Shown: positions 20,775 through 32,899 of the stretch, piece after piece
How the letters are laid out: each line of letters opens with the position of its first letter
Position numbering within the stretch: the stretch's first letter is position 1
From: Epithemia pelagica
Taxonomy: Eukaryota > Protista > Bacillariophyta
DNA length: 64,000 nt
NCBI GenBank assembly: GCA_946965045.2
Contig: OX337228.1
Span: 5,208,001 to 5,272,000 of the forward strand
Direction: 5' to 3'
Made by a program: the position numbers and the translations under genes
Notes under the pieces: model-generated
Databases searched by the model: none
Told to the model about the DNA's origin: nothing
What the model saw: the letters and a program-made list of their open reading frames with translations, nothing else

Positions 20775-21963
20775 CTATTGCTGAAGTATTTTCAAACACC
20801 GTTCAGTTTCATGGGCCAAAAGATCATTGCACACAGAGCCATACTTGTTTGCGGTCCGAAGACTTTCCTCAATACCTTGTCCAATCATAAAGCTCTTAGC
20901 TGCTCTAGAGCCAAAGGCAAGGCTGTGGACACAAACAGCAGCTCTTGTAGCGTTGCATGCATTTGTTTCAACACGCTTAATCTCATCCAACAGAGTCGGA
21001 AAGAGACATTCACGGAACCAGAGCTGTTCGCCAAAGCTTGTGGCGAGACAGCCATCCTTGGCACAGAGAGAAAGTGAATTTGCAAATATAGTGAGTGCAC
21101 ATTGCCGCAACAACTCGGAATTGTTTGCAAGTCCTGCTTCATCTATGATATCGGTGTTGAAAACATCTCTCTCTATCAACGCCATAATTTCTTCCCGAAT
21201 ATCATCACCACCGGAACCAAGCGCAATCGCCTTCGAAATAGATAAACAGATGACAGGATTAGTCTTGAACGGGTCAGTTAGACAACAAAGGCTCTCTAGA
21301 CCCAGGAGGTTTGCGTCACGTTTCTGCGATCTGAGCATTGATGTAGCATCTTCCAAGGCAGATTGAGAAATCTCGGTTTCGTTGTAATCAGTCTTCACGC
21401 CCTGCAAACACTTCATATCACGAACGGGTTTGTTTTCAAAAGGAGGAGGAACGCTAGATGCACTGTTGTCCTTGCCTTCTGCGGCGTCCAAAATCGCACG
21501 ACAAACCCTCATAAAACATGAGGCTGGACCACTGCGTCTTTGGACCTCAACTACAACAGGATCACCATTCTCGCTGCCTGCATAGAGGCGAATACGAAAG
21601 CTCACAAAGTCCCTTGTTTTGCATTTGGCTTTGGGTGGTTTGGACTTGTATGCGGCCTCAACAGAGTGATTGCGAAGCACATCTGAGATACGAGTGGCCA
21701 CAACAGGGGCTTCGATGCCCTCAATAAGACGGTGTGTTCTTTCAAGAGGAAAATCTTCTGGAACCATCTCCAGATCTTCTCGCTTGACGGTCCACGTCAT
21801 GGGCACCACCAATTCATCCCATTCCTGATGCATCCCTACCGATCCCTTGGAACCTCGTGAGACAAGCGAAGGCCGTTCAAAACCCAAGGGAGAAGGTTTT
21901 GAAATTGGGGTGGTAGGTCGGAAAAGCGCTGAAGAACTTATTCTTGGAGCAATTTGCACCGAC
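20775..21963 (-). CDS. Conserved-looking hypothetical protein (KA1-like alpha/beta N-terminal domain plus helical C-terminus); 5' end unresolved
   Basis: ORF 20775..21977 with motif FRIRLY...VVEVQRRSG. A strong splice acceptor (CTCACAG) ends at 21964, implying an upstream exon or a UTR intron. Confidence 0.65.
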
Positions 21964-23162
21964 CTGTGAGCAAGCAAAAAAAGATATCAGAAAATAATTC
22001 AGATGGACAACATGCAATGGTCTTTGTTGATTGATTGATGAGCAGTGAGCGAAGACATAAAATTAAGCCACTTGAAAAGCCTCGAAGAACACAAATGAAC
22101 AAAACCTCAAATGTCCTCCGTAGAAATGTACGACACAAGATCAACGAGGAACAACAAACCCAAGAACTCATGGGAGGTCACCATGGCAGCACCATACGAT
22201 GTTTCTTTCAAATCAACCTCTCTCTTTTAACTCCCACCACAGATGGCTGAATTCCATATATTGATGCATTTGCTTCACCCACCTTGGTTCCGGCCTCTCC
22301 TGCATGATAGAGGGAAGCCCTTCTTGTATATTGAACGCCTTTCTCATTGCGGCGGACCCTATTACGTTCTGTTGCTGATTATCAGATGAGGAACTCATTC
22401 TGTTTGCGTTCCCCGAAATACCTCGCAACACATCCAGCCTTTTAAAATTGGTTTCACTCTTGACTCTTGATTATAAGTTTGTTTGTCTTGCACTAATAAT
22501 CGTATGTGATGTGGTTGATCAATTTTGTTCTGTTGTTAGTTGGCCCCAGAGCGAACCCGTTGCTGAATGGGAAACCGGGGACCGGAGATAAGAAAATTGG
22601 GAAGAAGCTGAGACAAAGCTCTCGCAAGAAAAAATCTGGACTTTCGGTGCATGTTAGCTTCTGAGAGCGATGGGAGTTTGTTGTAGTATAGTATGATAGT
22701 GTATAAAAGTCACAATTCAATTACACTCCAACGTGAATAGCGTTTTGTCTGTTCTTTGAGCTCTGACATTTTGAGAATCCACGTACGAGTCAAGGATGCT
22801 TCTTTCATGTTCCTGCTTACATTTCCCCTCATCACTCTTGGTTAAACTGTACAAGTCCGAAATGATCACACTGCACATACGAGTACAGCAACCCTAGCCT
22901 CTAACCTCTAAGGGCATGAGCAGTGAGCAGTCTTCATTGGCAAGACAGGTTGAACTGCATAGCTTCCGCGACTATTGTTCCGGGAGGCGGGAGGTTCGAA
23001 AAAATGTGTGATTGCAAAATAGAATACCTCTCTTCTCTCTTCCCATTTCCTCTATCTTACCGATTTCCCCTATCTCTCCTAGACAACAAATATAAAGCAG
23101 AGCAACCTCTAGAGGAACAAACCTTGTGACAGAAGCTGTCTCATTAAGCTTATACATAGAAA

Positions 23163-24279
23163 TTAGACATGGTAGTTGGTACTTTGCGGCTGTGATGTAG
23201 AGCTCGTGGAAGTTTGTTGCTGTCGTCCAGCAGCTTCACGTACAGGAGCGAAGTACACATGTGCCATTGCCTCCTTGGCGGACAATCGTTCTTGATGATC
23301 ATACCGTAGTAACTTCGACACAAAATCAATGGCTTCTTCAGATACAAGGTGTTGATTTTCCGGAGTGATGAATTTCTGCCACGGCTTTTTGGAATGGCGC
23401 CCAAGAATTCCGTCAAAGTGCGGATCAAGCTCCAGATCGTACGTATCCAAGTAATGAAAAAGCTCCTCTGTACCCAGCACTTTGGCAATCTTAACAAGCT
23501 GGTCGTAGTTATCGTGACCATGAAAAAAGGGCTCCTTCCGGAAAATCATACCCGCGAACATACAACCCAAACTCCACATATCGAGAGAATAATCATATTC
23601 TTGCAGGTCAACAAGGAGCTCTGGTCCCTTGAAATAACGAGACGCAACTCTCACATTGTACTCTCTTCCAGGGTGATAGAACTCAGCGAGGCCCCAATCA
23701 ATTAAGCGCAGCTGTCTCTTCTCATGGTCGATCATAACATTGTGCGGCTTCACATCTCGGTGCATGACTCCATTCGAATGGCAATAGTCCAAGGCTTTGA
23801 GGAGTTCGAAAATGTAGAATCGAATATCAAAGTCTGAGAGCGTAGGATAAAGAACCTTGAAATCCGTGTTGTTAACATGTTCAAAGATAAGAGACGGAGT
23901 CTTCGATTGCGGATCTCGGACTACATCCAAAAGTTGGATGATATTGGTACCACCACACATATTTTGCAATATCTTGATTTCACGTTTGATTTTCTTTTTC
24001 TTGACAGGTTTGAGAATTTTGATCACACATTTTGTGTTATTAACAACATTGATCCCCTCGAAAACTTCACTATACTTGCCCCGGCCAATTTTACGAATGA
24101 CTTCGTACTCTTCCTGGTCGCCCCAGTTTACTGTTAGTGCTTCATAGTCCCAGTAGTCACGCGGACGATGCACGTTAACATCTGAATATACTCTACAGAG
24201 AACAAGGCATACAATGAGAACACCGGCAGATCCATGAAAACAAAGAATCAGCGCGGCAAACTCACCTCGCCCTGCTCAT
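23163..24279 (-). CDS. CSNK2A1: Casein kinase II catalytic alpha subunit
   Basis: A 14-nt exon 1 (24266-24279) and intron 24193-24265 give [22 protein letters not shown]. Motifs [48 protein letters not shown]. Confidence 0.97.
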
Positions 24280-24611
24280 ATTGATTCCCAATCAACGTCC
24301 AAAGTTCGTTCCTGAATAAAGTTAAAATGCACGAGAGAATATAATAAAGCTTCAATACATACGTCTCCAAAGCTGGGACTTGAACAGCAGACACAAGACC
24401 GTCAACAGGGGACTTCGACAACCTTGGGTTTGTGGCAAGTGGCAAAAAGCACGGGGTCGAACGATGTCGTCTGTCTGGCGTTAAAAAGCCATATGGTATC
24501 TATGGTGGTATTGGGATATAAGACATCCCCTCTAGCTAGCAGCTACAGGAGTCCTACACGGTTACAGCGACTACGAGGAGACTTTTTGGGCATGGCAGAA
24601 TGATCTAGAGA

Positions 24612-25697
24612 ATGGATGATGCGGCAACTTCCAATGTAGATGCATTTGCTAACGACTTTATCGATGAGATAGTCAGACTTCTTGAACAAGAGAAATGGGA
24701 AGACGCATCGGAGCGTACATTAGCTGCCCATTCTCGTTACTTGTCTTTGCCGGCGTCATATCATCGTTTTGGTGGACTTGTCATGGGATCCGCATGCTAC
24801 AAAGATTCTGCGACTCTTCGGTTTTTTGAAGTTGTCATTCAGGTCGCTGGGGATCAAGCGGTGACCTACAAAGATGCCGGGTTGAGAACGCCACTGCATA
24901 TGGTTCTGATGTATTTAGACCGCCCTGATATCTGTCGATTGCTCGTGACAACTGCTCCAAGAACAGTAGACATGCATGATATTGCCGGCTTGCGTCCTGT
25001 CGATGTTTTAACTCAGAAAATCCATATGAAGGAGGAACGGTTGCGCTACTTAAAGAAGGCAACATTTGGTAGAGATGTCGACTCGCGAAAGCAGGATGAA
25101 ATCAATACTGAGTTACGGATGCTTGAAAATTGCTGGGAATGCGCCAGAATATGTTGCTTGGTGCACGGTCGAGCCTTAGAAAGCAATCCGAATCTACCAC
25201 TTGTTCATTCCTGCTGTCTTGATCGAAGACGCGTCCCATTGTCTTTGTTGCATTTTGCAGTGAAAAGGAATCCTGATCAGCTTAAGGTCCAGGACGAGGT
25301 AAACAGTGAGACTCCTTTGCATATCTTGGCCAGGCAATTTTCCCCTGACACTGATGATGTTGATGAAGAATCTGATCTGTTGAAAAAAGTATGTGAATCT
25401 CTCCCCGCTGCAGCTTGTATGTTGAATGTCGATTACAAGTATCCACTTGACCTTGCAATCGAATCCGGACGGAAATGGCGTAGCGGTTGTCGTTGCTTAA
25501 CCAAAGCATGCCCATCAGCCGTGCTCCACCAAAAACAGTCGGACGACTGTGGTAACGAAGACAGAAGTATTTTTCAAATCTTGATGAGCGCTCTGAGAAA
25601 CGAAGAGTTCGTGCACGATGTGATTTTCCAGATTCTTCGCTCTCGACCCCAAATACTATTTGAAGATGGTGAAATAAGTAGTGGCACTTCCCTATGA
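24612..25697 (+). CDS. Ankyrin-repeat-like protein
   Basis: RTPLHMVL, ETPLHILA and YPLDLA ankyrin-type motifs in a 361-aa ORF. Confidence 0.75.
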   Translation: MDDAATSNVDAFANDFIDEIVRLLEQEKWEDASERTLAAHSRYLSLPASYHRFGGLVMGSACYKDSATLRFFEVVIQVAGDQAVTYKDAGLRTPLHMVLMYLDRPDICRLLVTTAPRTVDMHDIAGLRPVDVLTQKIHMKEERLRYLKKATFGRDVDSRKQDEINTELRMLENCWECARICCLVHGRALESNPNLPLVHSCCLDRRRVPLSLLHFAVKRNPDQLKVQDEVNSETPLHILARQFSPDTDDVDEESDLLKKVCESLPAAACMLNVDYKYPLDLAIESGRKWRSGCRCLTKACPSAVLHQKQSDDCGNEDRSIFQILMSALRNEEFVHDVIFQILRSRPQILFEDGEISSGTSL

Positions 25698-25759
25698 ATC
25701 ATCATCTATGTACCATGTCTCGTAAACAATCTTAACCACACCATAACCTCGGAGCTATT

Positions 25760-26653
25760 CTAAGTAGTGTTCGATTGTTCTCTGGTGCCTGTCGCCCCTC
25801 CAAAGAGTGATTGAAACCAAGCTTCTTCACCGAGCATGTGTGAAGTCGTTTGTCTAGACAGTGGAAAGGTGAACTTCTCCAATTTCGGAATGGGTGTGTA
25901 TCGAATTTTGCGTCCTTTGCTGGCTCGACGATCTACGGAATTTACGGTTCTTCGTTTATCAAGGGTCTTGTGCTGCAATTTGGAGTCATTGGACTGTTTC
26001 GAAGAATCCGCCGACGACAAGAAATCTTTCAACAGCTGCTGATAAACCTTGGAATCTTCGAAACAGTCAGTCGTATTATTTTCTCCCTGACTGTTCTTTT
26101 GTACAAACTCTTCATGCTTGACACTCTGTTGTACTTGTTCCCAAAAGGTCGAGTCCAATACTCGAAAATGCGAATTCGACGTAAGACCGGAATGCAATCT
26201 GACTTCTTTGTGTCGTTGGTTTAATACCGATTCCCATTCTTTCTCACATTCCACGAAATCTTCTTCTAGTTTACGTTGAAAAGCAACGTTGTCGGCCAAA
26301 AGCTCATCGTAGTCTGTTCTTAAATCATCATCCTCATCACGGTCATAACGTCTTAGAACCGTATCTCGAGCCTGTAGCAAGTTTTTGAGAAGATCGTTGC
26401 AGTGCTGAATCGTGGCACCCAATGCCTCATCGTCATTATCGAGGGTTTTGTCGCCCTGAGTTGCGCGTTGGAGAAGTATGCGTACTTCGACGAGCTTATT
26501 GTGAATATTCTGCTGCGAGATAGCAGCTAGACCGCTCTGTTTCCTTCTCTGAGATGACGATTTCTGAGTTTTCAGAGCAATGGCGTCTTCTTCATCCAGC
26601 TCTTGCACTGACTGGAAGACGGATCTGTCTCGCTTTCTCCGCAAATTGCTCAT
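25760..26653 (-). CDS. AATF: AATF/Bfr2 (small-subunit processome factor)
   Basis: C-terminal VDRRASKGRKIRYTPIPKLEKFTFP and FEDSKVYQQLLKDF match the AATF/Bfr2 C-terminal domain. Confidence 0.88.
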   Translation of the reverse strand: MSNLRRKRDRSVFQSVQELDEEDAIALKTQKSSSQRRKQSGLAAISQQNIHNKLVEVRILLQRATQGDKTLDNDDEALGATIQHCNDLLKNLLQARDTVLRRYDRDEDDDLRTDYDELLADNVAFQRKLEEDFVECEKEWESVLNQRHKEVRLHSGLTSNSHFRVLDSTFWEQVQQSVKHEEFVQKNSQGENNTTDCFEDSKVYQQLLKDFLSSADSSKQSNDSKLQHKTLDKRRTVNSVDRRASKGRKIRYTPIPKLEKFTFPLSRQTTSHMLGEEAWFQSLFGGATGTREQSNTT

Positions 26654-26782
26654 GATTGTTGGCTGGAATCTGGAATGCGCCGAGATTTGTGGTGGTAGAG
26701 GAGGGAACAGAAGAAGTCTGTCCTTCTGTCCAACGGGAACCCGCTATGCGTTGTAGCTGGGTAGTCTGCCTCATCTTGCAAC

Positions 26783-26838
26783 TACTCCTACCTACTCCTA
26801 CTCCTACTCCTGGGAGTAATGTATTACTCCTAGGAGTA
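26783..26838. promoter_or_regulatory. Cluster of TACTCCTA motifs including the perfect 14-bp palindrome TACTCCTAGGAGTA, between divergent genes
   Basis: Copies at 26783, 26793, 26799 and 26825; palindrome 26825-26838. Regulatory role is inferred only from its intergenic recurrence. Confidence 0.45.
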
Positions 26839-27365
26839 TGTTGTATAAGAACGGAACCCGATGGTAGTTGAGAATATGGATGCTACAGACTGATCGGACA
26901 CGACAAGTTTCGGTGGAATGGACCATCATCAAGTGATAAGAGCGTTGAAGATAAAGGAAAAACATTTTCTCTGAATCCCTGTTGGTACCAAAACATCAGA
27001 CATGTTGATGGATCTAATGAGAATGATGGAGAATGATTATGATGCGATGAGACATATAGGTAGCGAGAAAGGAGTATGGGGTAGGGTACCTTTTATACAA
27101 AAGTAGTTGAGTTGAGAGATTTGAGATTCGAGAAAATGTGAGGGACGATGAGTCAGGTTGTGTCGCGCGGGCCTCCCCTTGCACGCATGCATGAAATCAA
27201 GGAGTATTAACTTTCGAAAACATTATGGAACCGTATAATTCATTGTAGGGGTAGCTCCCATTCAAAAGTTGTCTAACGGCGACAAAATTAGATCTGTTGT
27301 TCACCATGGCCACGACGACACCAAGAACCAGAGGACTGCCAGGCCCTTACACGTGTGACGAGAGG

Positions 27366-29612
27366 ATGACATCATATCGACGACTTTTCGTGTTAATTGG
27401 CGCAATCTGCATTCTGTCGGAAAAGAGTGCAAATGCCTTGCAATCTTCGACCCATCAGCTTCCAACCCAATTCTCGAAATTGCCAGCTCATCCCTTTTCT
27501 CACCCGCACCTACAAGAACGTTGGGCCGCAATGATACATGTCCAGGCCTGGAAAGAATCATCAGGAGAAGTTGGCCGAAGCAATCGATTGAGTCCGGTCA
27601 TACTATCGATGGGACTGAGAAGCTTCATTGGACGAATCAAACGACACAAAAAAGATGATGGTGATGGTGACGAAGCTGATTTGGAGAACGAATATGATCA
27701 AGAGACGCTGACGTCCGATTCGATATCAGCACTGAATGATCCAACCAATGCTGTTGGCGATGATACAGATATAGTGAATGGCTTTGGAACTCAAACAAAT
27801 GGGGATGCATGGATACCTTCCATGCTTCCTGACAGTAAACCTCCCGTACGAATGGGCGAAGATCCGTCGAGCAAGGAAATCAATGTGTTTGGTCTCGATC
27901 GGGCTGAGTCAGTTCAAGAACGAATCAATCGGGTCAAATCGGGCAAGATGACAGATGAGGAAAAGCAGGCTTACTTACGGGCCGCTCTATCTTCGGGATC
28001 AACTCCAGAATCAAGGCTCCCGCTTAGACCGCCAACGTCTAAAGCCGACCAAGACGCTTTAGAGCGGCACACAAAACCAGCTCCCTTTCCTGGCGATCCC
28101 ATCTATCGCAGTATAGCTGGAGGCAAAGATTCGTCGTCTGGCACATTATCAAATGACATTGTCGATCGGGTTGGTCTTGACATGCAGAAAAGAAAAAGGG
28201 ATTACCTCGACATGGTCACAGACCCCCACCGGTTTGACGTCTACAGGTCAGCTGGCCTAAATCTTGGGAGAAGCGCATCTGAAGATACGGATGATTATGA
28301 CGAGGAACAAGATCCAGAAATCAACAGTGAAACTCCAAAGCCTATAATTGATCCTCTCCCGTCAGATCTAGGAGAAAGACTTGGAGCTGCCGCAAACGCG
28401 CAAGAAATTTCTCGTAGAAAGGCAGAGGAGGAGAAACGAGCAAAGGAAAAAGCGAAAATCGAATCCTTGAACAGACGGCTGGGCCCGAATACCCCCGACT
28501 CACCAGCACCTGCAAAAGACGTCTCTACAGGACAAGGGGCAGAACAGGAGAAAATGCAGGAGTTGATGAAGGCACAAGACGATTACTGGGCTCGGAAACT
28601 TGCTTCGGAACGGGAAGCAGCAAAGGAACGTCAAATGCGAATGGATGAGCAGCAAAAATTTACTTTTCCGGGCACCATTTCTCGATCATCGTCGCAACGG
28701 GATGCTCAACAAAAGAAAGTATCCATAGAAAGTATGGAGGAAACGGTTGATGATTCGGCTGTATCTACAAACGGGGAGAACACAGCGGTGGACTCAGATC
28801 AAGCAAGCACATTCAACCCAGACGAAAGTGGTTTGGTTGATGAAGACGATTCGCCACCCAATGGAAGCGCTCGCGACAGGAGATTCCAACCGTTTTCTGC
28901 GTCTGATCTTAACGATGTTCGAAACTTGAAAAGACCTGCATATGATGGTCCAAAGCCTCGCAAGCGAAAAACAGAGAGCAACGTTGATGAGCAGATCCGT
29001 CGTTTACGAGAAATGAATTCCCCGCTTCCAAACCAAGCACCTGTAAATGGTTTTCCAAACCGAGGTGTAAAACAACAACGTCCCGTCCGTTTCGAGCCAC
29101 AACGCCCCGTTTCTGCCTCTTCCTCGGGGACTGATAGATCATCGTTCAACAATTTGATGAAAAATAGCCTTAATGACTCACGTGACCCAGCGGAAAAGAC
29201 TCGGGTACTCCTAAATGGCTTCTCGGGGAAAACGGAATCATCAGGCAATGACGCTGATGTGAAGACAGAAAATTCGTCCATTCCTTCTGCATTTGAGGCT
29301 GCCAGTAAACGCGACAAATCTAAAGCGGACGGTGCAAATCCGATCTCGATGATATTTGGAGGAACTACTCCCAAGAGACCAGATGACAGTTCATCGAAGG
29401 CGACAGACAAGTCCCCGGATCGGAGTAGAAAAGGTCCCATCCGGATGCAACTGCCGCTTGGAGACGATGACGATGATGACGCGGTTGACACCAAAGCTAA
29501 CAGTGGTATGAGTATCGCAGAGGCTATGAAGAGAACGAACGCAGGGGGGAGCTCGATTGACCAAGATGAAAGATCGAAAAAGTGGGGAATAGACATGTCA
29601 AAATTTACCTAG
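27366..29612 (+). CDS. Large, mostly disordered protein with a predicted signal peptide (possibly plastid-targeted)
   Basis: ORF 27297..29612. From ATG 27366: MTSYRRLFVLIGAICILSEKSANA|LQSS, a signal peptide plus S/T-rich transit-like region. Confidence 0.7.
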   Translation: MTSYRRLFVLIGAICILSEKSANALQSSTHQLPTQFSKLPAHPFSHPHLQERWAAMIHVQAWKESSGEVGRSNRLSPVILSMGLRSFIGRIKRHKKDDGDGDEADLENEYDQETLTSDSISALNDPTNAVGDDTDIVNGFGTQTNGDAWIPSMLPDSKPPVRMGEDPSSKEINVFGLDRAESVQERINRVKSGKMTDEEKQAYLRAALSSGSTPESRLPLRPPTSKADQDALERHTKPAPFPGDPIYRSIAGGKDSSSGTLSNDIVDRVGLDMQKRKRDYLDMVTDPHRFDVYRSAGLNLGRSASEDTDDYDEEQDPEINSETPKPIIDPLPSDLGERLGAAANAQEISRRKAEEEKRAKEKAKIESLNRRLGPNTPDSPAPAKDVSTGQGAEQEKMQELMKAQDDYWARKLASEREAAKERQMRMDEQQKFTFPGTISRSSSQRDAQQKKVSIESMEETVDDSAVSTNGENTAVDSDQASTFNPDESGLVDEDDSPPNGSARDRRFQPFSASDLNDVRNLKRPAYDGPKPRKRKTESNVDEQIRRLREMNSPLPNQAPVNGFPNRGVKQQRPVRFEPQRPVSASSSGTDRSSFNNLMKNSLNDSRDPAEKTRVLLNGFSGKTESSGNDADVKTENSSIPSAFEAASKRDKSKADGANPISMIFGGTTPKRPDDSSSKATDKSPDRSRKGPIRMQLPLGDDDDDDAVDTKANSGMSIAEAMKRTNAGGSSIDQDERSKKWGIDMSKFT

Positions 29613-29745
29613 TGCACCATTAGCTAGCCGTCATAATCACACGCGACCAATTAACATCCGGGTGATGCTGCGCGTATGCGGTACGCGCACATACGGAATC
29701 CTTGAGCCGTGTCAGAAGAATGATGGGTCAATCACAATCTTTGCC

Positions 29746-31071
29746 ATGGTTAGTAGATGGTCACGGCAGTGTTTGTACTCGTATCGAAGGCTTCATCAAA
29801 AGAGGCTAAGGTCGGTGTCAGTTGAGGAAAGCATTCTCACGTGTGGGGGCATCGCGGCAACTCTTTCATTGGTTGCCCTGGCTCATTACTCATTTTCGCC
29901 GTGCTTCGAGATCCAAACAAGAACATCAACACTGGGACATCCATTACCACAAAACGTTGCACATTTGGGAGCGCTATATGCTTTGACATCTCGCTGTGAT
30001 GGCGGACTTCTCTATGCAGAGAAGGATTTCCCTGATGATTACAGCGAGACAGAAAGGTTTCTGGATGTGCTTCAATATCACCGCAGTCTTCTTCCTGATT
30101 ACATAAATCGGTGGATGAAAAGACCTTCGACTAGCGAACGGGTCTCGTGGCCAAAGAATCTCCCGTCTGAACGAGAAATAGGTGCTCTTGAGCTCGATCA
30201 CTCTTTTTGTCGCCGGAGTCCAGAACACCCAGGCGCAAACACGACGTGCCATGATCTGAAGTTTAGAATTGCTGCTTTTTACCTTTCCCGAGAGGATCCC
30301 GAGTTAAAGAAAAAAGGATTCTACATGGTCAAAGATCTTGCTGAAAAAGGCCACGCAGATGGCATGTGTTACTACGGTAGGTGCTGACGAGTTCAAGAAT
30401 CGGAACCTTTCGCTGGCTGTGGTCTAATTTCTGCTCGTTAGGCATATTACTCAATGAAGGCAACATTGAAGGTGTAGAGGCGAATCCAAAGCAGGCGGTT
30501 GTATGGTGGAGGCGCTGTGTTGACTATCATCGTCATATCTGGGCTGCCTTCGAGATAGGTGTAGCTTTATACACGGGAGAGGGGGTTGCTGAGAACCCCG
30601 TTCTTGCCTCTAAATATTTCCGCCAGGCTGGTAGGTTTGTCCCACGTGAAATTTCAATAGTTGACATTGAAAATCTCCTCTCACCCACTGCTTACAGCTC
30701 ATTTGGGACATGCTGGAGCTGCGTACATGCTTGGGGATCTCCTGCTAAATGGTGTTGGGGTGGAGCGTGACAGAGCAAGTGCTCTAGAGTGGCTTGTTAC
30801 CGCGGCTGAACTAGGCCATCCCTTAGCACGAGAGAAAGTCATATTGATCATTCAACAAGACTATGATTCTCTGGAAAGGGGAGGCACGGGGCCAAAAAGT
30901 GGAAGCGAAGGTGAAGTTTTGAAGTGGGTAAATGACCCAGACAGTAGTAAGGATGCTAGGAATGCTCTGGTTGAAAGGAGATATACAATTGGAGGTGGCA
31001 GTCGGAACCCTGAAGTGTTGAGAAGACGGAAAACCATAGTGAAGGAAAGCAAACAGGAGGACGATCCGTAG
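29746..31071 (+). CDS. Sel1-repeat protein (3 exons)
   Basis: Sel1-like units AEKGHADGMCYYG, AAFEIGVALYTGEGV, HAGAAYMLGDLLLNGVGVERD and AAELGHPLA. Introns at 30377-30441 and about 30632-30697. Confidence 0.85.
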
Positions 31072-31311
31072 GTTTATCTAGGACTGGAGCTGTGTTTTTA
31101 ACTATGCCATCTACCTAGAGGTATCAATAGGAGCGTTGCCGGTTGCCCTTTGGGCGGCCGAAAAAATTTGGGGGTTGGGGTTTGGGGGAGACGTCGCACG
31201 CCCGCCATCTTTCCCGCGAACGCAGCTGCCCGCTCCCGCCATCATTGGAATCTTCACTTGCCATTGCCATTAGCCCTGCCCCTTTCATTTCTTCATTAGT
31301 CCAAGTTGAGC

Positions 31312-32481
31312 ATGTTGTGGGTCGACAAATACAGACCGTCGAGTCTCTCCGATCTATCCTACCATGGCGAGATTACACAACGCCTGCAATCCTTGGCAAC
31401 AAATCCGGAGGCCATGCCTCATTTGTTCTTCTATGGCCCGTCAGGCAGTGGCAAGAAAACTCGAAGCAAGTAGTCCCCTGAACACATAGAAATCGTCCGA
31501 CTTTCTCTGTTATGTCCTCACTTCTTACATTTGTTTGTGTTCACTACAGTTTCTGCCCTTCTTCGCGAATTGTACGGGCAGGGTGCGGAGAAATTGAAAT
31601 TGGACAAACGAACTTTCACGACACCATCGAAGAAACAGGTGGAAATAAACCTAATCACTAGCAACTATCACATTGAAATTGCTCCCGGAGATGCAGGGCT
31701 CAACGATCGCTTTGTCATCCAGGATGTTATCAAAGAAATGGCGTCCAACAAAAATATCATCAGTGCTCCTGGATCCAATGAAAACAGCATGGGACGCGCA
31801 AGTTTCAAGACAGTGGTGCTGGTTGAGGTCGATCGGTTGAGTCGACAAGCACAGGCTGCTCTACGTCGAACGATGGAGAAATATTCGAGCTCATGTCGTT
31901 TGATTTTAGTCTGCAACAGCCAATCAAAAGTTATCGAGCCTGTTCGGAGTCGATGCCTCGGGATCCGAGTTTCGGCACCATCTCATGATGATATAAGTCG
32001 TGTTCTGCAATCCGTCGCTGCCCGACAATCTGTGAATTTACCTGAGGAGTTGGCAATCAGCATCGCCAGAGAATCTTCTCGGAATCTGCGACGGGCTCTC
32101 CTAATGTTTGAAGCGTGCAATGTTCAAAAGAGAGATGGTCTAACGAGAGACACTGCAGTTCAAAAGACTGATTGGGAACTCTATATTCGTCAACTGGCGA
32201 TGGATGTGACAAGAGAACAGAGTCCGCAACGCCTGATGGCGGCCAGGGAAAAGCTTTATGAGCTTCTCGTCAACTGCATCCCGGCAAATGTTATCATCAA
32301 AACCTTGACGACAGAGCTTCTAAAAAACCTTGATGACAGTTTGAAACACGAAGTGGTGGAATGGGCCGCGTTTTACGAACACCGGCTATCTCAAGGAAGT
32401 AAAGAAATATTTCATCTTGAAGCTTTCCTTGCGAAGTACATGGCGCTCTACAAAAAGTATCTCAATGACATGTTTGATTAG
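31312..32481 (+). CDS. RFC3: Replication factor C subunit 3 (38 kDa / yeast Rfc5 type)
   Basis: MLWVDKYRP...YGPSGSGKKTR|ISALLRELYG...EVDRLSRQAQAALRRTMEKY...SRCL...GSKEIFHLEAF. Requires a GC-AG intron at 31466-31548. Confidence 0.96.
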
Positions 32482-32899
32482 GGGCATATTCAGAAGGTAC
32501 AACACATTCGCGTGAAACATCTATTCATAATGGTTGCCTCGAATCTGATTTTGGTTACTAGTGATTCGAATTAAATGCTTCCAGTAAAGTGGCATCAGCC
32601 AATTGGATCCCGTCACATTTGCGTCATTGTCGGTTGATAAGGACGAGGTAGAGAATAAGTGCGTGGCTTGGTCTTCTCCATGTTGCGAATAGATGATACT
32701 CCTACTTCCTAGGAGTAGAAGTGCAAGGATATCTGAGGTACTTACCCTCTTCTGGTACTGAGTCTGAGTGATACTCCTAGAAGATAGACGATGCTGCGGT
32801 TAGGCCCACGAACACAGACGACGGAGAGACTAAGGTTTCCTCTATAGCTAGAGGGGTACTCCTACTAGCTCTATGAGTAGGTACTAGAGGAGGCGTACA

